The notes beneath the pieces are model-generated. The model saw only the letters and a program-made list of their open reading frames with translations, had not been told where the DNA came from and did no database searches. A program made the position numbers and the translations under genes. Of a DNA stretch of 64,000 bases, positions 9,912 to 22,039 are shown one piece after another (the first letter of the stretch is position 1; the number at the start of each line of letters is the position of its first letter). The stretch comes from Candidatus Multivorans sp. Lineage in GTDB: Bacteria; Acidobacteriota; Thermoanaerobaculia; Multivoradales; Multivoraceae. Location of the stretch: assembly GCA_965224025.1 (NCBI GenBank), contig OZ245033.1:1440001-1504000 (forward strand), in the 5' to 3' direction.

Positions 9912-11434
9912 CGAGACCGGAACTGCTCCAGGAGAGTCACCACGACCGCGAACTCGCGGCGCGGGTGGCCCCCGACGACTGGACGAACCCGGCGCCCGCA
10001 GGTCGGTACCACTTGGTCGTGATCGGGGCCGGCACTGCCGGTCTGGTGACCGCGATCGTGGCCGCGGGCTTCGGTGCCCGGGTAGCCATGATCGAGCGCC
10101 GGCTCATGGGCGGCGACTGCCTGAACTTCGGCTGCGTGCCGTCGAAGGGCGTGATCGCCGCGGCACGGCGGTGGAACGCCGGTTTCGCCGATCCCGAGTT
10201 CGGGGCGCCGGGAACTGGTCGGGACGGCGATTTCGGCGCGGCAATGGAGCGCATGCGCCGGATCCGGGCGGCGATCAGCCAGGACGACGCGGCCGAGCGC
10301 TTTCGCGATGCCGGGGTCGATGTCTATCTGGGCGAGGGCAGATTCCTTTCCGACCGTGCGGTCGAGGTAACCGGCCCCGCGGGTGACCGCGAGCTGCGCT
10401 TTCGGCGCGCCGTCATCGCCGCCGGCGCGCGCCCCCAGGCGCCGCCGATTCCTGGTCTCGACCGCTGCGACTACCTGACCAACGAGACCGTATTCTCGCT
10501 CACCGAGCGGCCCGAGCGGCTGGCGGTCATCGGCGCCGGCCCGATCGGCTGTGAGTTGTCCCAGGCCTTCGCGCGCCTCGGCAGCCGGGTGACGACGTTC
10601 GACATTCTGCCGGGCATTCTCCCGCGAGAGGATCAGGACGCGGCGGTTCTGGTTGAGCAAGCCCTCAGACGGGACGGGGTCGAGTTCGCCCTCGGTGTCC
10701 GGATCGAGGAAGTCGCGCCCCATGACGGGGGCCTCCGCCTGGTCTATGCCGACAGCGACGGCGGCCGCCGTGAGACGAGTTGCGACGAACTCCTCGTTGC
10801 GGTGGGCCGAACGCCGAACATCGAGGGCCTGGGGCTTGAGAAGATCGGCGTCCAGTGCGATGCGATCGGCGTCCAGGTCGACGCGAAGCTGCGCACGACG
10901 AATCCCCGCATCTACGCCGCCGGCGACATCACACCGGCGCCCAAGTTCACCCACCTGGCGGACGCCCATGCCGGTGTCGTGATTCAGAACGCGCTGTTCT
11001 TTCCCAGTGCGCGAGCCGACCGGCTGGTCGTGCCGCGGTGCACGTACACCTCGCCCGAGGTGGCGCACGTCGGCCTCGACCGGAAGGAGGCGGAGCAGCG
11101 CCGCATCGCCGTCGACGTGGTCGACGCAGCCCTGGAGGAGAACCACCGCGCCCTGCTCGACGGCGAGGAGGACGGGTTTCTGCGGGTTCTGCTCCAGCGG
11201 GGCAGCGATCGCGTGCTCGGCGCGACCGTCGTTGCGGCGCATGCCGGCGACTTGATCGCGCCGCTCACGCTGGCCGTGACCCACCGGCTGGGCCTCGCCA
11301 AGTTCGCGGGCACCATCCTGCCGTATCCGACCCAGGCGGAGGTGCTGAAGAAGGCCGCGAACCAGTGGCGCGGGACGAGGCTGAGCCCCACCGTCCAGGG
11401 CCTGTTCGCGCGTTGGTTCCGCTGGACCGGTTGA
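9908..11434 (+). CDS. FAD-dependent pyridine nucleotide-disulfide oxidoreductase (mercuric reductase/LpdA-like)
   Basis: VIGAGTAG, GGDCLNFGCVPSK, GAGPIGCE, C-terminal YPTQAE. No MerA C-terminal Cys-Cys. Confidence 0.88.
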   Translation: MTRPELLQESHHDRELAARVAPDDWTNPAPAGRYHLVVIGAGTAGLVTAIVAAGFGARVAMIERRLMGGDCLNFGCVPSKGVIAAARRWNAGFADPEFGAPGTGRDGDFGAAMERMRRIRAAISQDDAAERFRDAGVDVYLGEGRFLSDRAVEVTGPAGDRELRFRRAVIAAGARPQAPPIPGLDRCDYLTNETVFSLTERPERLAVIGAGPIGCELSQAFARLGSRVTTFDILPGILPREDQDAAVLVEQALRRDGVEFALGVRIEEVAPHDGGLRLVYADSDGGRRETSCDELLVAVGRTPNIEGLGLEKIGVQCDAIGVQVDAKLRTTNPRIYAAGDITPAPKFTHLADAHAGVVIQNALFFPSARADRLVVPRCTYTSPEVAHVGLDRKEAEQRRIAVDVVDAALEENHRALLDGEEDGFLRVLLQRGSDRVLGATVVAAHAGDLIAPLTLAVTHRLGLAKFAGTILPYPTQAEVLKKAANQWRGTRLSPTVQGLFARWFRWTG

Positions 11435-11446
11435 CGCGTTCCGGCG

Positions 11447-12736
11447 CTACAAGTGACGCCGGCGTGGCCTGCGCCGCCGCCTTCGTCTTCGCTTCGTGCG
11501 TCGCTTCGCGGCGTCGGTTGAACTTCGGGGCGGCGCCGACTCGGCGGCCGGTCGCCAGCGTTCGAGCGCCTCGCCACCGCTGCCGGTGGCCGCCGAGAGC
11601 AGGGCGAAGAGTTCCAGCGCGGGCCCGAAGGCCTCCCGGCGAACCAGGTTGTGGATCGTCTTCGCGCCGCGGCTCGGCTCGCACAGCCGTTGAAACGTCT
11701 CGAGCGCCTCTCTCATTCTGTGGCGGCGTGCGGCGGAGAGGGCGAAGCGGGTGCTGAAATCGGCCACGACATCGTCCACGAGTCGTTGCAGGCGCCGGCG
11801 CTGGACTCCTGCGCCGCCAGCCTCCAGGCGCTCCCGGCCGACCACGATCCGCGGCAGGAGCAGGGTCGACAGCAGCACCGCAAGCGGCACTTCCGGCCCG
11901 GTGTCGACGCGTTCGTCAAGTCGCCCGGCGAGTTGGGAGAAGCCGCCCGTCTCGGTCCCTGCCCCTCGCACTTCGTCCACCTCGGGCAGCACGACCGGAA
12001 GTAGCCCCGATCGTCCCATCCAGTCGAAGGTCGCGGCGCTCCGGCCGCTCGACAGGAGCTGGATCAGCTCCTCGATCAGGCGGTGCGGCGAGGCCTTGGC
12101 GATCTCCCGGCGGTGCTCGAAGGCGCAGGCAAGGGTCTCGTCCTCGATTTCGAAGTCCAGGCGCGCGGCGAATTCACAGGCCCGCAGCATGCGCACCGGA
12201 TCCTCGCGGTAGCGCAAGTTGGGATCGCCGATCACGCGGATGCAACCGCGGTCGAGATCCTCAAGGCCTCCCACATAGTCGACGACGGCGCGGTCGGAGG
12301 CTCGATAGAGCAGGGCATTGACGGTGAAGTCGCGGCGGAAGGCGTCCTGCCTGGGGGTGCCGTAGGTGTTGTCGCTGGTTACCAGGAGTTCGCCTGGCGA
12401 ACGACGTTGATGGTCGGGATCCGGCGCGCCGCGGAACGTGGATACTTCGACCACCTCGTCGCCGAACCAAACGTGAGCGAGGCGAAAGCGCCGGCCGATG
12501 ATCCGGGAGTTCCGGAACAGCCGCCGCACGTCCTCTGGGCGCGCGTCGGTCACGACGTCGTAGTCCTTCGGTGCGCGTTGTAGCATCAGATCGCGCACGC
12601 TGCCGCCGACCAGACCGGCGTTCCGACCGGCCTGACTCAGCCTCCGCAGCACCCTTTGTGCGCCGGTCGAGATCTGCCGCCACGAGATCGGATGCTTGGA
12701 GCGCTGCAGTACCGTGGCCGGGGCCGGCGCTTCCAT
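11447..12736 (-). CDS. pcnB: Poly(A) polymerase I / polynucleotide adenylyltransferase
   Basis: VGGSVRD, KDYDVVT, PAP signature IIGRRFRLAHV, RRDFTVNAL, EDPVRMLRA, Arg-rich tail. Confidence 0.9.
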   Translation of the reverse strand: MEAPAPATVLQRSKHPISWRQISTGAQRVLRRLSQAGRNAGLVGGSVRDLMLQRAPKDYDVVTDARPEDVRRLFRNSRIIGRRFRLAHVWFGDEVVEVSTFRGAPDPDHQRRSPGELLVTSDNTYGTPRQDAFRRDFTVNALLYRASDRAVVDYVGGLEDLDRGCIRVIGDPNLRYREDPVRMLRACEFAARLDFEIEDETLACAFEHRREIAKASPHRLIEELIQLLSSGRSAATFDWMGRSGLLPVVLPEVDEVRGAGTETGGFSQLAGRLDERVDTGPEVPLAVLLSTLLLPRIVVGRERLEAGGAGVQRRRLQRLVDDVVADFSTRFALSAARRHRMREALETFQRLCEPSRGAKTIHNLVRREAFGPALELFALLSAATGSGGEALERWRPAAESAPPRSSTDAAKRRTKRRRRRRRRPRRRHL

Positions 12737-12873
12737 CAGGTCAGGGTATCAACGGACGCCGGCCCCCAGATCTGAGGGTGGCTCGCAACGTAATGTGGGT
12801 GCAACATGGACGAAGTGTGGGAAGTGGAGTAGAGCAGACTGGTTCCTGCGTTGCCCGTCCGAGGTTTCGTCGA

Positions 12874-13595
12874 ATGCCGGCAGGCGCAGTCCGAATCCGA
12901 GTCGTCCCGGTTGCTGTGGCCGCGTTCCTGGGCGTGGGGCTCCAACTCTTGCTCGCCGCGTCCGCCTCGGCCGACGACTTGTTCCGGCCTGTCGCACCGC
13001 CCGTTGGGCGGACGGCCGCCGCGGCTTCGGTAGCGGCTGCCGTCGAGCGCCAGGGCGCGACGCTTCGCCACCGGCACGCTCGGGTTGATCTGGGCCTACT
13101 CAGCGAGGCGCGCGCGAGTGCCGCACTTGGTGGGACCGCTTCGGGGTTGATCGACCTCAACCTGTTCGACGATGCCACCTGCCAGGTCACGGGTCTCAGA
13201 ACCGCGCCGACTTCGTCGGAATACTCCCTGTCCGGGCAGCTCGACGGCGTGCCCCTCGGCGCGGCGCCCCTGGTGGTCAACGGGGACGTCATCGTCGGCT
13301 CGGTGAGGGCCTCCGGGGTGACCCACACGATCCGTTCGATCGCCGGCGGCGACCTTGAGATTCGGCAAACCGACGAACGGACCTTGCCTGAATGCGCCGG
13401 CGCGCGGACGGCGCCAGGCGAGGCGGACTCGCCAGGGACCGACGTGGCGGTGAAGGGGAGGTGAAGGGGAGGCGCGGGGTGACGATCTCGCGCGACGAAC
13501 TGACAGTCGACGAGGGCCGCCGCATCCGTGTCCGTCTCCGCCTCCACGAACACGGTCTTCGGGAGGCTCCAGTCTCCGGTCGTGAAAGTCAACGC
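12874..13595 (+). pseudogene. Decayed large secreted protein (peptidase pro-domain-like N-terminus plus Calx-beta/cadherin-like scraps)
   Basis: Signal peptide ending ASASA|DDLF. An 11-bp tandem duplication at 13449-13470 creates a stop. It is followed by GVTISRDELTVDEG, then an inverted piece LTFTTGDWSLPKTVFVEAETDTD on the minus strand. Confidence 0.6.
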
Positions 13596-13596
13596 C

Positions 13597-13705
13597 CGCC
13601 GCCAAGCGCCTCGCAGGCTCGGCCCCTGGCCCCAGCCCCCACCTCCCCAGCACTCCGCGCCTTCAGCCCCGCACTTCGTGCGGCGCCTACGGCGCGGACT
13701 GCTAG
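13597..13705 (+). repeat. ~105-bp structured element, family B copy 1
   Basis: Core TGGCCCCAGCCCCCACCTC shared with 39665-39769 and 43433-43538. Stem AGCACTCCGCGCC/GGCGCGGACTGCT. Confidence 0.85.
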
Positions 13706-13716
13706 GCTGCGCCGCC

Positions 13717-14838
13717 GTGGGCGCCTTGGACGGACTTCGGGTTCTCGATCTATCGCGGCTTGCGCCCGGGCCGTACTGCTCGATGCTGCTCGCCGACATG
13801 GGCGCGGACGTGCTGCGGGTCGACAACGCGGTGGGCGGACCGGTCCGATCCGGCGACATGCTGTCGCGGAACAAGCGCAGCATCGCGCTCAACCTGAAAA
13901 CGGCGGGCGGCGAGCGCATCCTCCACGAACTGGCCGCGGAGGCGGATGTCTTCCTGGAGGGTAACCGGCCGGGTGTTTGCGCCCGGCTGGGCTGCGACTA
14001 TGCGAGTCTCTCGGCGATCAATCCCGGTCTCGTCTACTGCTCGCTCACCGGCTATGGCCAGACCGGGCCGATGGCGCAGGCCGCCGGGCACGACGTGAAC
14101 TACATCGCGCTCGCCGGCGTTCTGTCGCAGATCGGCAACGGCCAGGACCCGCCCCTGCCGCCCCTCAATCTGGTCGCCGACTTTGGCGGCGGCGGCCTGA
14201 TGGCGGCCTTCGGCATCCTCTGCGCCCTGTTCGAGCGGGAACGGTCCGGCCGCGGCCAGTACATCGACGCCGCAATGATCGACGGAGCGGCCTCCCTGAT
14301 GGCCGTGCACTTCGCCCAGAAGGGCGCCCGCTCGACGCCCGGCGTCGGACTGCTCGGGGGCGGGGCCGCCTTCTACCGCTGCTACGAGTGCGAGTGCGGC
14401 GGCTACGTGTCGGTCGGCGCGATCGAACCGCAGTTCTTCGCGGCGCTGTGCGAGGGAACGGGCGTCGATGTCGCGGATGAGCAGATGGACACCGACTGCT
14501 GGCCGGCACACATCGATGCGTTCCAGCGGGCCTTCCTGACCCGGACCCGCGACGAGTGGGCCGAGGTGTTCAGCGAGCTCGACGCCTGTGTGTCGCCGGT
14601 GCTCGACCTCGACGAGGCGCCACGCCATGAGCACAACATGCAGCGGGGGACCTTCCCGATCGGCCCGGACGGAGAGATTCACATTGCACCCGCGCCGCGG
14701 CTGGAGCGGACGCCCGGCGACCTCCGCCGGCGCGAACCGCGCATGGGAGAACACACCGTAGATGTCCTCCAGGGTCTCGGCTACAGCGCCGGGGACATCG
14801 ACGGACTCGAACAGAACGGAGCGATCCTGAGAGCATGA
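13717..14838 (+). CDS. CaiB/BaiF family III CoA-transferase (alpha-methylacyl-CoA racemase-like)
   Basis: LDGLRVLDLSRLAPGP, RNKRSIALNLK, AGHDVNYIAL, NLVADFGGGG. Confidence 0.92.
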   Translation: MGALDGLRVLDLSRLAPGPYCSMLLADMGADVLRVDNAVGGPVRSGDMLSRNKRSIALNLKTAGGERILHELAAEADVFLEGNRPGVCARLGCDYASLSAINPGLVYCSLTGYGQTGPMAQAAGHDVNYIALAGVLSQIGNGQDPPLPPLNLVADFGGGGLMAAFGILCALFERERSGRGQYIDAAMIDGAASLMAVHFAQKGARSTPGVGLLGGGAAFYRCYECECGGYVSVGAIEPQFFAALCEGTGVDVADEQMDTDCWPAHIDAFQRAFLTRTRDEWAEVFSELDACVSPVLDLDEAPRHEHNMQRGTFPIGPDGEIHIAPAPRLERTPGDLRRREPRMGEHTVDVLQGLGYSAGDIDGLEQNGAILRA

Positions 14839-15356
14839 ACGACGCAAGCACGAACGATGGTCCGCCTAGAGCCGGCGCGGGCAGAGTCTTCGAGGACTTC
14901 GAAGTCGGCCAGATCTTCCGTCACGCCCTGGGGCGGACGGTTACCGAGGGCGACAACGTCTGGTTGACGATGATCACCCTGAACCCGAACCCGATCCACT
15001 TTGACCGCGAGTACGCCGGTCAGACGGAGTGGGGACGGCCCCTGGTCAACTCCTGCTTCACACTGTCCCTGGTCACCGCGCTGACCGTCGCCGACTTGTC
15101 CCAGAACGCGGTGAACCTGGGGTGGGACAGGGTCCGTCTGCCGCGCCCGGTGTTCGAAGGCGACACGCTGTACGCCCAGAGCGAGGTGCTCTCCGTTCGC
15201 GGGTCGAAGTCGCGCCCGCACCAGGGCATCGTGGCCTTCCGCACGGTCGGCTACAACCAGGACGGCCGGGCCGTCATCACCTTCGACCGGACGATCCTGG
15301 TCTACCGCCGCGGCCATGTGCCGGCGAAGCCGGTCCGTCCCGAGCTGCGCGCCTAG
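14835..15356 (+). CDS. MaoC-family (hotdog) dehydratase
   Basis: GRVFEDFEVG, GRTVTEGDN, NPNPIHFD, NLGWDRVRLPRPVFEGDTL. Confidence 0.9.
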   Translation: MNDASTNDGPPRAGAGRVFEDFEVGQIFRHALGRTVTEGDNVWLTMITLNPNPIHFDREYAGQTEWGRPLVNSCFTLSLVTALTVADLSQNAVNLGWDRVRLPRPVFEGDTLYAQSEVLSVRGSKSRPHQGIVAFRTVGYNQDGRAVITFDRTILVYRRGHVPAKPVRPELRA

Positions 15357-15512
15357 CGCGGAAGAACGATCTGACCTGGGAACCCGTGTGGCGCGACCCG
15401 CGCCACACGCGAACCACTCCGTGCGCCCGTCATCGGGCGCACGGATGGCACGCGGGCATCCTGCCCGCATCCGGCGCGAAGCGCCGGCCTCCGGTCGTTC
15501 TGCCGCGCCTAG
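15353..15512. repeat. Nested palindromic cassette between convergent genes: outer inverted repeat > family C element > family A unit (15379-15446)
   Basis: CTAGCGCGGAAGAACGATC (15353-15371) pairs imperfectly with GGTCGTTCTGCCGCGCCTAG (15493-15512). Inner parts match 22769-22813 and the 68-bp unit. Confidence 0.85.
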
Positions 15513-15513
15513 C

Positions 15514-16779
15514 CTAGCGGTCGCCGAGCGCCTGGTAGTCGCGGACGGTGGCCCCGGTATAAACCTGCCGCGGCCGGTTGATCCGGTTGTCCGGATCGCC
15601 GCGCATCTCCTTCCAGTGCGCCAGCCAGCCCGGCAACCGGCCCAGGGCGAACATGACGGTGAACATGTCCGTCGGCAGGCCCATCGCCCGGTAGATGATG
15701 CCGCTGTAGAAGTCGACGTTCGGGTAGAGCTTCCTCTCGACGAAGTACTCGTCCTGGAGCGCGACCTCTTCCAGGTTCCTGGCCAGCTCCAGCAGCGGGT
15801 CGTCGACGCCGAGCTGCTCCAGGACCTCGTCCGCGGCCCCCTTCAGGATGCTGGCGCGCGGGTCGAAGTTCTTGTAGACGCGGTGGCCGAAGCCCATCAG
15901 CCGGAACTCGTCGTTTCGGTCCTTGGCCCGGTCGACGAACCGGCCGTAGTCGTCGCCGCTGTCGCGGATCGCCTTCAGCATCTCGATCACCTGTTGGTTG
16001 GCGCCGCCGTGGAGCGGTCCCGACAGGGCGTCGATGCCGGCGGAGATGGCGGCGAACAGGCTGGCGCCGGAGCTGCCGACCATACGGACCGTCGACGTCG
16101 AGCAGTTCTGCTCATGGTCGGCGTGCAGAATGAGCAGCATGTTCAGCGCTCGAGACAAGACATCCGGCGGCTCGTAGGACTCGCAGGGCACCGAGAACAT
16201 CATGTTCAGGAAATTCTCCGCGTAGCCCAGGTCGTTCTGCGGGTACACGAACGGCTGGCCGATCGACTTCTTGTAGGAGAAGGCGGTGATCGTCGGCAGC
16301 TTCGCGATCAGGCGGACGACGTGCAGGTCGACGTCTTCGTCCTCCGAGTAGAAGGTCGCGAGCGACGAGATCATCGAGGACAGGATCGCCATCGGGTGAG
16401 CCGTCGGCGGGTAAGCCTCGAAGAACTTCTTCATGTCCTCGTGGATCAGCGTGTGCCGTCGCAGCTTCGAGCGGAAGTCGTCCAGTTCCTGCTCTGTCGG
16501 CAATTCGCCGTAGATCAGCAGGTAGCAGACCTCGACGAAGGACGCGCGCTCTGCGAGCTGCTCGATCGGGTAGCCGCGGTAGCGGAGGATTCCCCGCTCG
16601 CCGTCGATGAACGTGATCGCGCTACGGCACGATCCGGTGTTGCCGTAGCCGGGATCCAGGGTGATCGCACCGGTCTGGCTCCGGAGCGCCTGGCTGTGGA
16701 TTGCCAGTTCGCCCTCGGAGCCGAGGATAACGGGGAATTCGTACTCCTGATCGTCCAGATTCAGCTTGGCTACACCCAT
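15514..16779 (-). CDS. gltA: Citrate synthase
   Basis: DPGYGNTGSC, LILHADHEQNCSTS, GPLHGGANQ, LMGFGHRVYKNFDPRA, YPNVDFYSG. Confidence 0.96.
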   Translation of the reverse strand: MGVAKLNLDDQEYEFPVILGSEGELAIHSQALRSQTGAITLDPGYGNTGSCRSAITFIDGERGILRYRGYPIEQLAERASFVEVCYLLIYGELPTEQELDDFRSKLRRHTLIHEDMKKFFEAYPPTAHPMAILSSMISSLATFYSEDEDVDLHVVRLIAKLPTITAFSYKKSIGQPFVYPQNDLGYAENFLNMMFSVPCESYEPPDVLSRALNMLLILHADHEQNCSTSTVRMVGSSGASLFAAISAGIDALSGPLHGGANQQVIEMLKAIRDSGDDYGRFVDRAKDRNDEFRLMGFGHRVYKNFDPRASILKGAADEVLEQLGVDDPLLELARNLEEVALQDEYFVERKLYPNVDFYSGIIYRAMGLPTDMFTVMFALGRLPGWLAHWKEMRGDPDNRINRPRQVYTGATVRDYQALGDR

Positions 16780-16808
16780 ATCTGCTGTCCCACTTCGTGT
16801 TTTTCCCG

Positions 16809-16860
16809 GTAGCGGCCCGTTCCGGTTCAGAGTAGTAGCGGCCCGTTCCGGTTCAGAGTA
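16809..16860. repeat. Perfect 26-bp tandem duplication upstream of gltA
   Basis: GTAGCGGCCCGTTCCGGTTCAGAGTA x2. Confidence 0.95.
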
Positions 16861-16934
16861 TTCGGCTCGGTTGGCGTATTCGGCGCGGAGTGTAGCAGCC
16901 CTGCAAGCGGCAATGGGAGATTGCCTGGTCCGAT

Positions 16935-17619
16935 TCAGACGCCCCGTGTGTCGGCGCCCCACAGCGTCTTGTGAAGTTGCATGGAGACCCGTGCCGCCAG
17001 CCGATCTTCGAGTACCCAGGAGGCGAGTTCGGCAGGTTCGAGAGCGTCCCACACCGGCGACAGGTGGACGGTGCAACGGCGGTCGATCCGGTGTTTGCGG
17101 ATCGCTTCACGCGCCCACTCGTAGTCGCCACGGTCGGCGAGGACGAGCTTCACTTCGTCCGTCGAACGCAGCTCGTCGATGTTCGGCCAGTGGTTGTTCG
17201 AGGCTTCGCCGCTGGCGGGGCATTTCAGGTCGACGATCCGCCTTACCCGCGAATCCACTCCCGAGATGTCCAGCCCGCCGCCGGTCTCGAGCAGGACCAC
17301 AAGTCCCCGGTCGCAGAGCCCGCTCATCAGAGGATGAACGCCCGGTTGGAGCAGGGGTTCGCCGCCGGTGACTTCCGCCAGAGGGCAGCCGAACGCCAGC
17401 ACTTCGGTGATGACGTCCTCGACGCGCATCCACGTGCCTTCGTGGAAGCTGTACTCCGTGTCGCACCAACTGCATCGCATCTGGCAGCCGGTCAGGCGCA
17501 CGAGGACGCAGGGGCGGCCCGCGAAGGTCGATTCGCCCTGAATCGAGTAGAAGATCTCGTTGACCTTGAGCCGCTCCCTCTCGGGCAGCGCGGCGATCGG
17601 GTCGACCTGGTGGAGTCGA

Positions 17620-17636
<17 letters not shown>
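16935..17636 (-). CDS. queE: 7-carboxy-7-deazaguanine synthase (radical SAM)
   Basis: EIFYSIQGE, RLTGCQMRCSWCDT, VTGGEPL, QLHK. TTG start overlapping the acnA end is inferred. Confidence 0.88.
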
Positions 17637-20355
<2,719 letters not shown>

Positions 20356-20497
20356 GTCCCTGTTTCCGTGTCTCCGGCTGTAGGCGCCGGGGAGTTTTCG
20401 AGTGCGCTTGAGACTACCCAAAGCGACGCCGGCGCCGGCGCCTGCCGTCTCGCGCGGGGTCCGCCCCAGGCCCCGTGCCGGCGTGTAGAGTCGCGCC

Positions 20498-21088
20498 ATG
20501 CCCGGGCTGGATGACCTCGAGACGCCGAGTCTGCTGATCGCCATGCCCCAGGTCCTCGATCCGTTCTTCTCTCGGGCCGTCGTGCTGCTGGCGGCGCACG
20601 AGGAGGGCGGCGAGGGAGGAAGTCTCGGCTTCGTCGTCAATCGTCCGAGCCAACTCAAGGTCGACGAGGTGTTGCGGGAGCTCGATATCGAGTGGCTGGG
20701 CGGCTCGGAAGCGCCGGCCTTCGTCGGTGGTCCGGTGCAGCCGGAAGTGGGTACTGTGCTCTTGTCCCTCGACGGCTTGACCGGGCTAGATGCGGACGGG
20801 ATCACACAAATCGCGCCGGGCGTGGGCGCGACGCAGAACATCCTGGCGCTGCGGACACTGGCTCGCCGCGCCCCGGATCACATGCGGCTCCTGCTCGGTC
20901 ACGCCGGTTGGGCGCCGGGCCAGTTGATGCAGGAACTCACTCGCAGCGACTGGTTGACGGCGCCAGTGGAGGAGTCGATCGTGTTCTCGCCCGATCCGGT
21001 TGACGCCTGGTCCTCCGCACTCGCCTCCCTGGGGATCGATCCCGGGGCGCTGCCGAGCTGGACCTCGGGCGACGGCGCCTCGAACTAG
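20498..21088 (+). CDS. YqgE/AlgH (DUF179) family protein
   Basis: LLIAMPQVLDPFFSRAVV, GFVVNRP, GGPVQ, GHAGWAPGQL. Confidence 0.9.
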   Translation: MPGLDDLETPSLLIAMPQVLDPFFSRAVVLLAAHEEGGEGGSLGFVVNRPSQLKVDEVLRELDIEWLGGSEAPAFVGGPVQPEVGTVLLSLDGLTGLDADGITQIAPGVGATQNILALRTLARRAPDHMRLLLGHAGWAPGQLMQELTRSDWLTAPVEESIVFSPDPVDAWSSALASLGIDPGALPSWTSGDGASN

Positions 21089-21145
21089 CGGCCCGGGTCC
21101 GTTGGTCGCCGCCCGGCCACCAGCTAACCAAGGCTGGTCGGGCAG

Positions 21146-21388
21146 TTAGGCGTCATCCTCGAAGTAGCGGGCGACCGCGCCTCGCCCCGCCAGTTCGTTC
21201 GCGGCATAGCGAGTCGCGGTCGCGGCGTCGGTCCATCTTCCGGCCTGCACGAGCTCGGCGGTGGAGGCGCCGGCGGCGACCAGGGACTGAGCGCTGTCGA
21301 CGCGCAGAGAGTGCCCGCTCACGCGGCCGGTGGCGCCGGCGGCTCTGGCCCGCCGCTGGATGATCGATCGCACGGCGGACCCACTCAA
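21146..21388 (-). pseudogene. C-terminal fragment of a tyrosine recombinase
   Basis: SGHSLR (H-x-x-R), AGRW and RY catalytic boxes. Only ~80 aa, with no N-terminal part. Confidence 0.75.
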
Positions 21389-21523
21389 GGGGGCATCGCC
21401 TCCGACCCCGCTTCGGAGGTGAGTCCTCGAAGGCCGGGCAGAGGACTGGAGGGCGAACGTCTGGCGGTTACCTCGGCACCGACTCCGGACATGTGGTTGT
21501 CGGTTTCGACTTGCGTACGTGAG

Positions 21524-22039
21524 CTAGCGACCGGTGGAGCCGAAGCCGCCGTCGTTGCGCTGCCCGGCGGCGGGACCTGCACCGAGCGTGTCGTCGTCGC
21601 GGAACGCGGTCTCAGGCACGGCGGCGACCACCATCTGGGCCAACCGTTCGCCGCGCTCGATCACGATCGGGCGCTTGCCCAGATTGATGAGCAGCAGCTT
21701 GACTTCGCCCCGGTAGTCGCTGTCGATCGTGCCGGGAGCGTTGAGCACGGTCAGGCCCCGCCGGTAGGCGAGTCCGCTGCGTGGCCGGACCTGGGCCTCG
21801 TAGCCCTGCGGCAGGCCGAGGATGAGGCCGGTTGGAATCAGGGCGCGGGCACCGGGTTCGATCCGGACCGACGCGCCTGTGGCGGCGCGCAGGTCGTACC
21901 CGGCGCTGCCGGCCGAGGCGCGCTCGGGCAGGCCGGCGGAGTGCGGTAGCCGGCGGATGCCGATGGTGACGGGTGGTTCTGGTTGGCGTTCTTGAGTCGC
22001 CCGGCCGGCTGTTTCCGGCGCCGCGGGTCGCCCGCTCAA
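21524..22039 (-). CDS. dut: dUTP pyrophosphatase
   Basis: [41 protein letters not shown] start overlaps the upstream TGA. Confidence 0.93.
   Translation of the reverse strand: MSGRPAAPETAGRATQERQPEPPVTIGIRRLPHSAGLPERASAGSAGYDLRAATGASVRIEPGARALIPTGLILGLPQGYEAQVRPRSGLAYRRGLTVLNAPGTIDSDYRGEVKLLLINLGKRPIVIERGERLAQMVVAAVPETAFRDDDTLGAGPAAGQRNDGGFGSTGR

Noticed and set aside
9908-11434. merA mercury resistance gene
   Set aside because: No C-terminal Cys-Cys pair, no N-terminal metal-binding domain and no mer operon genes.
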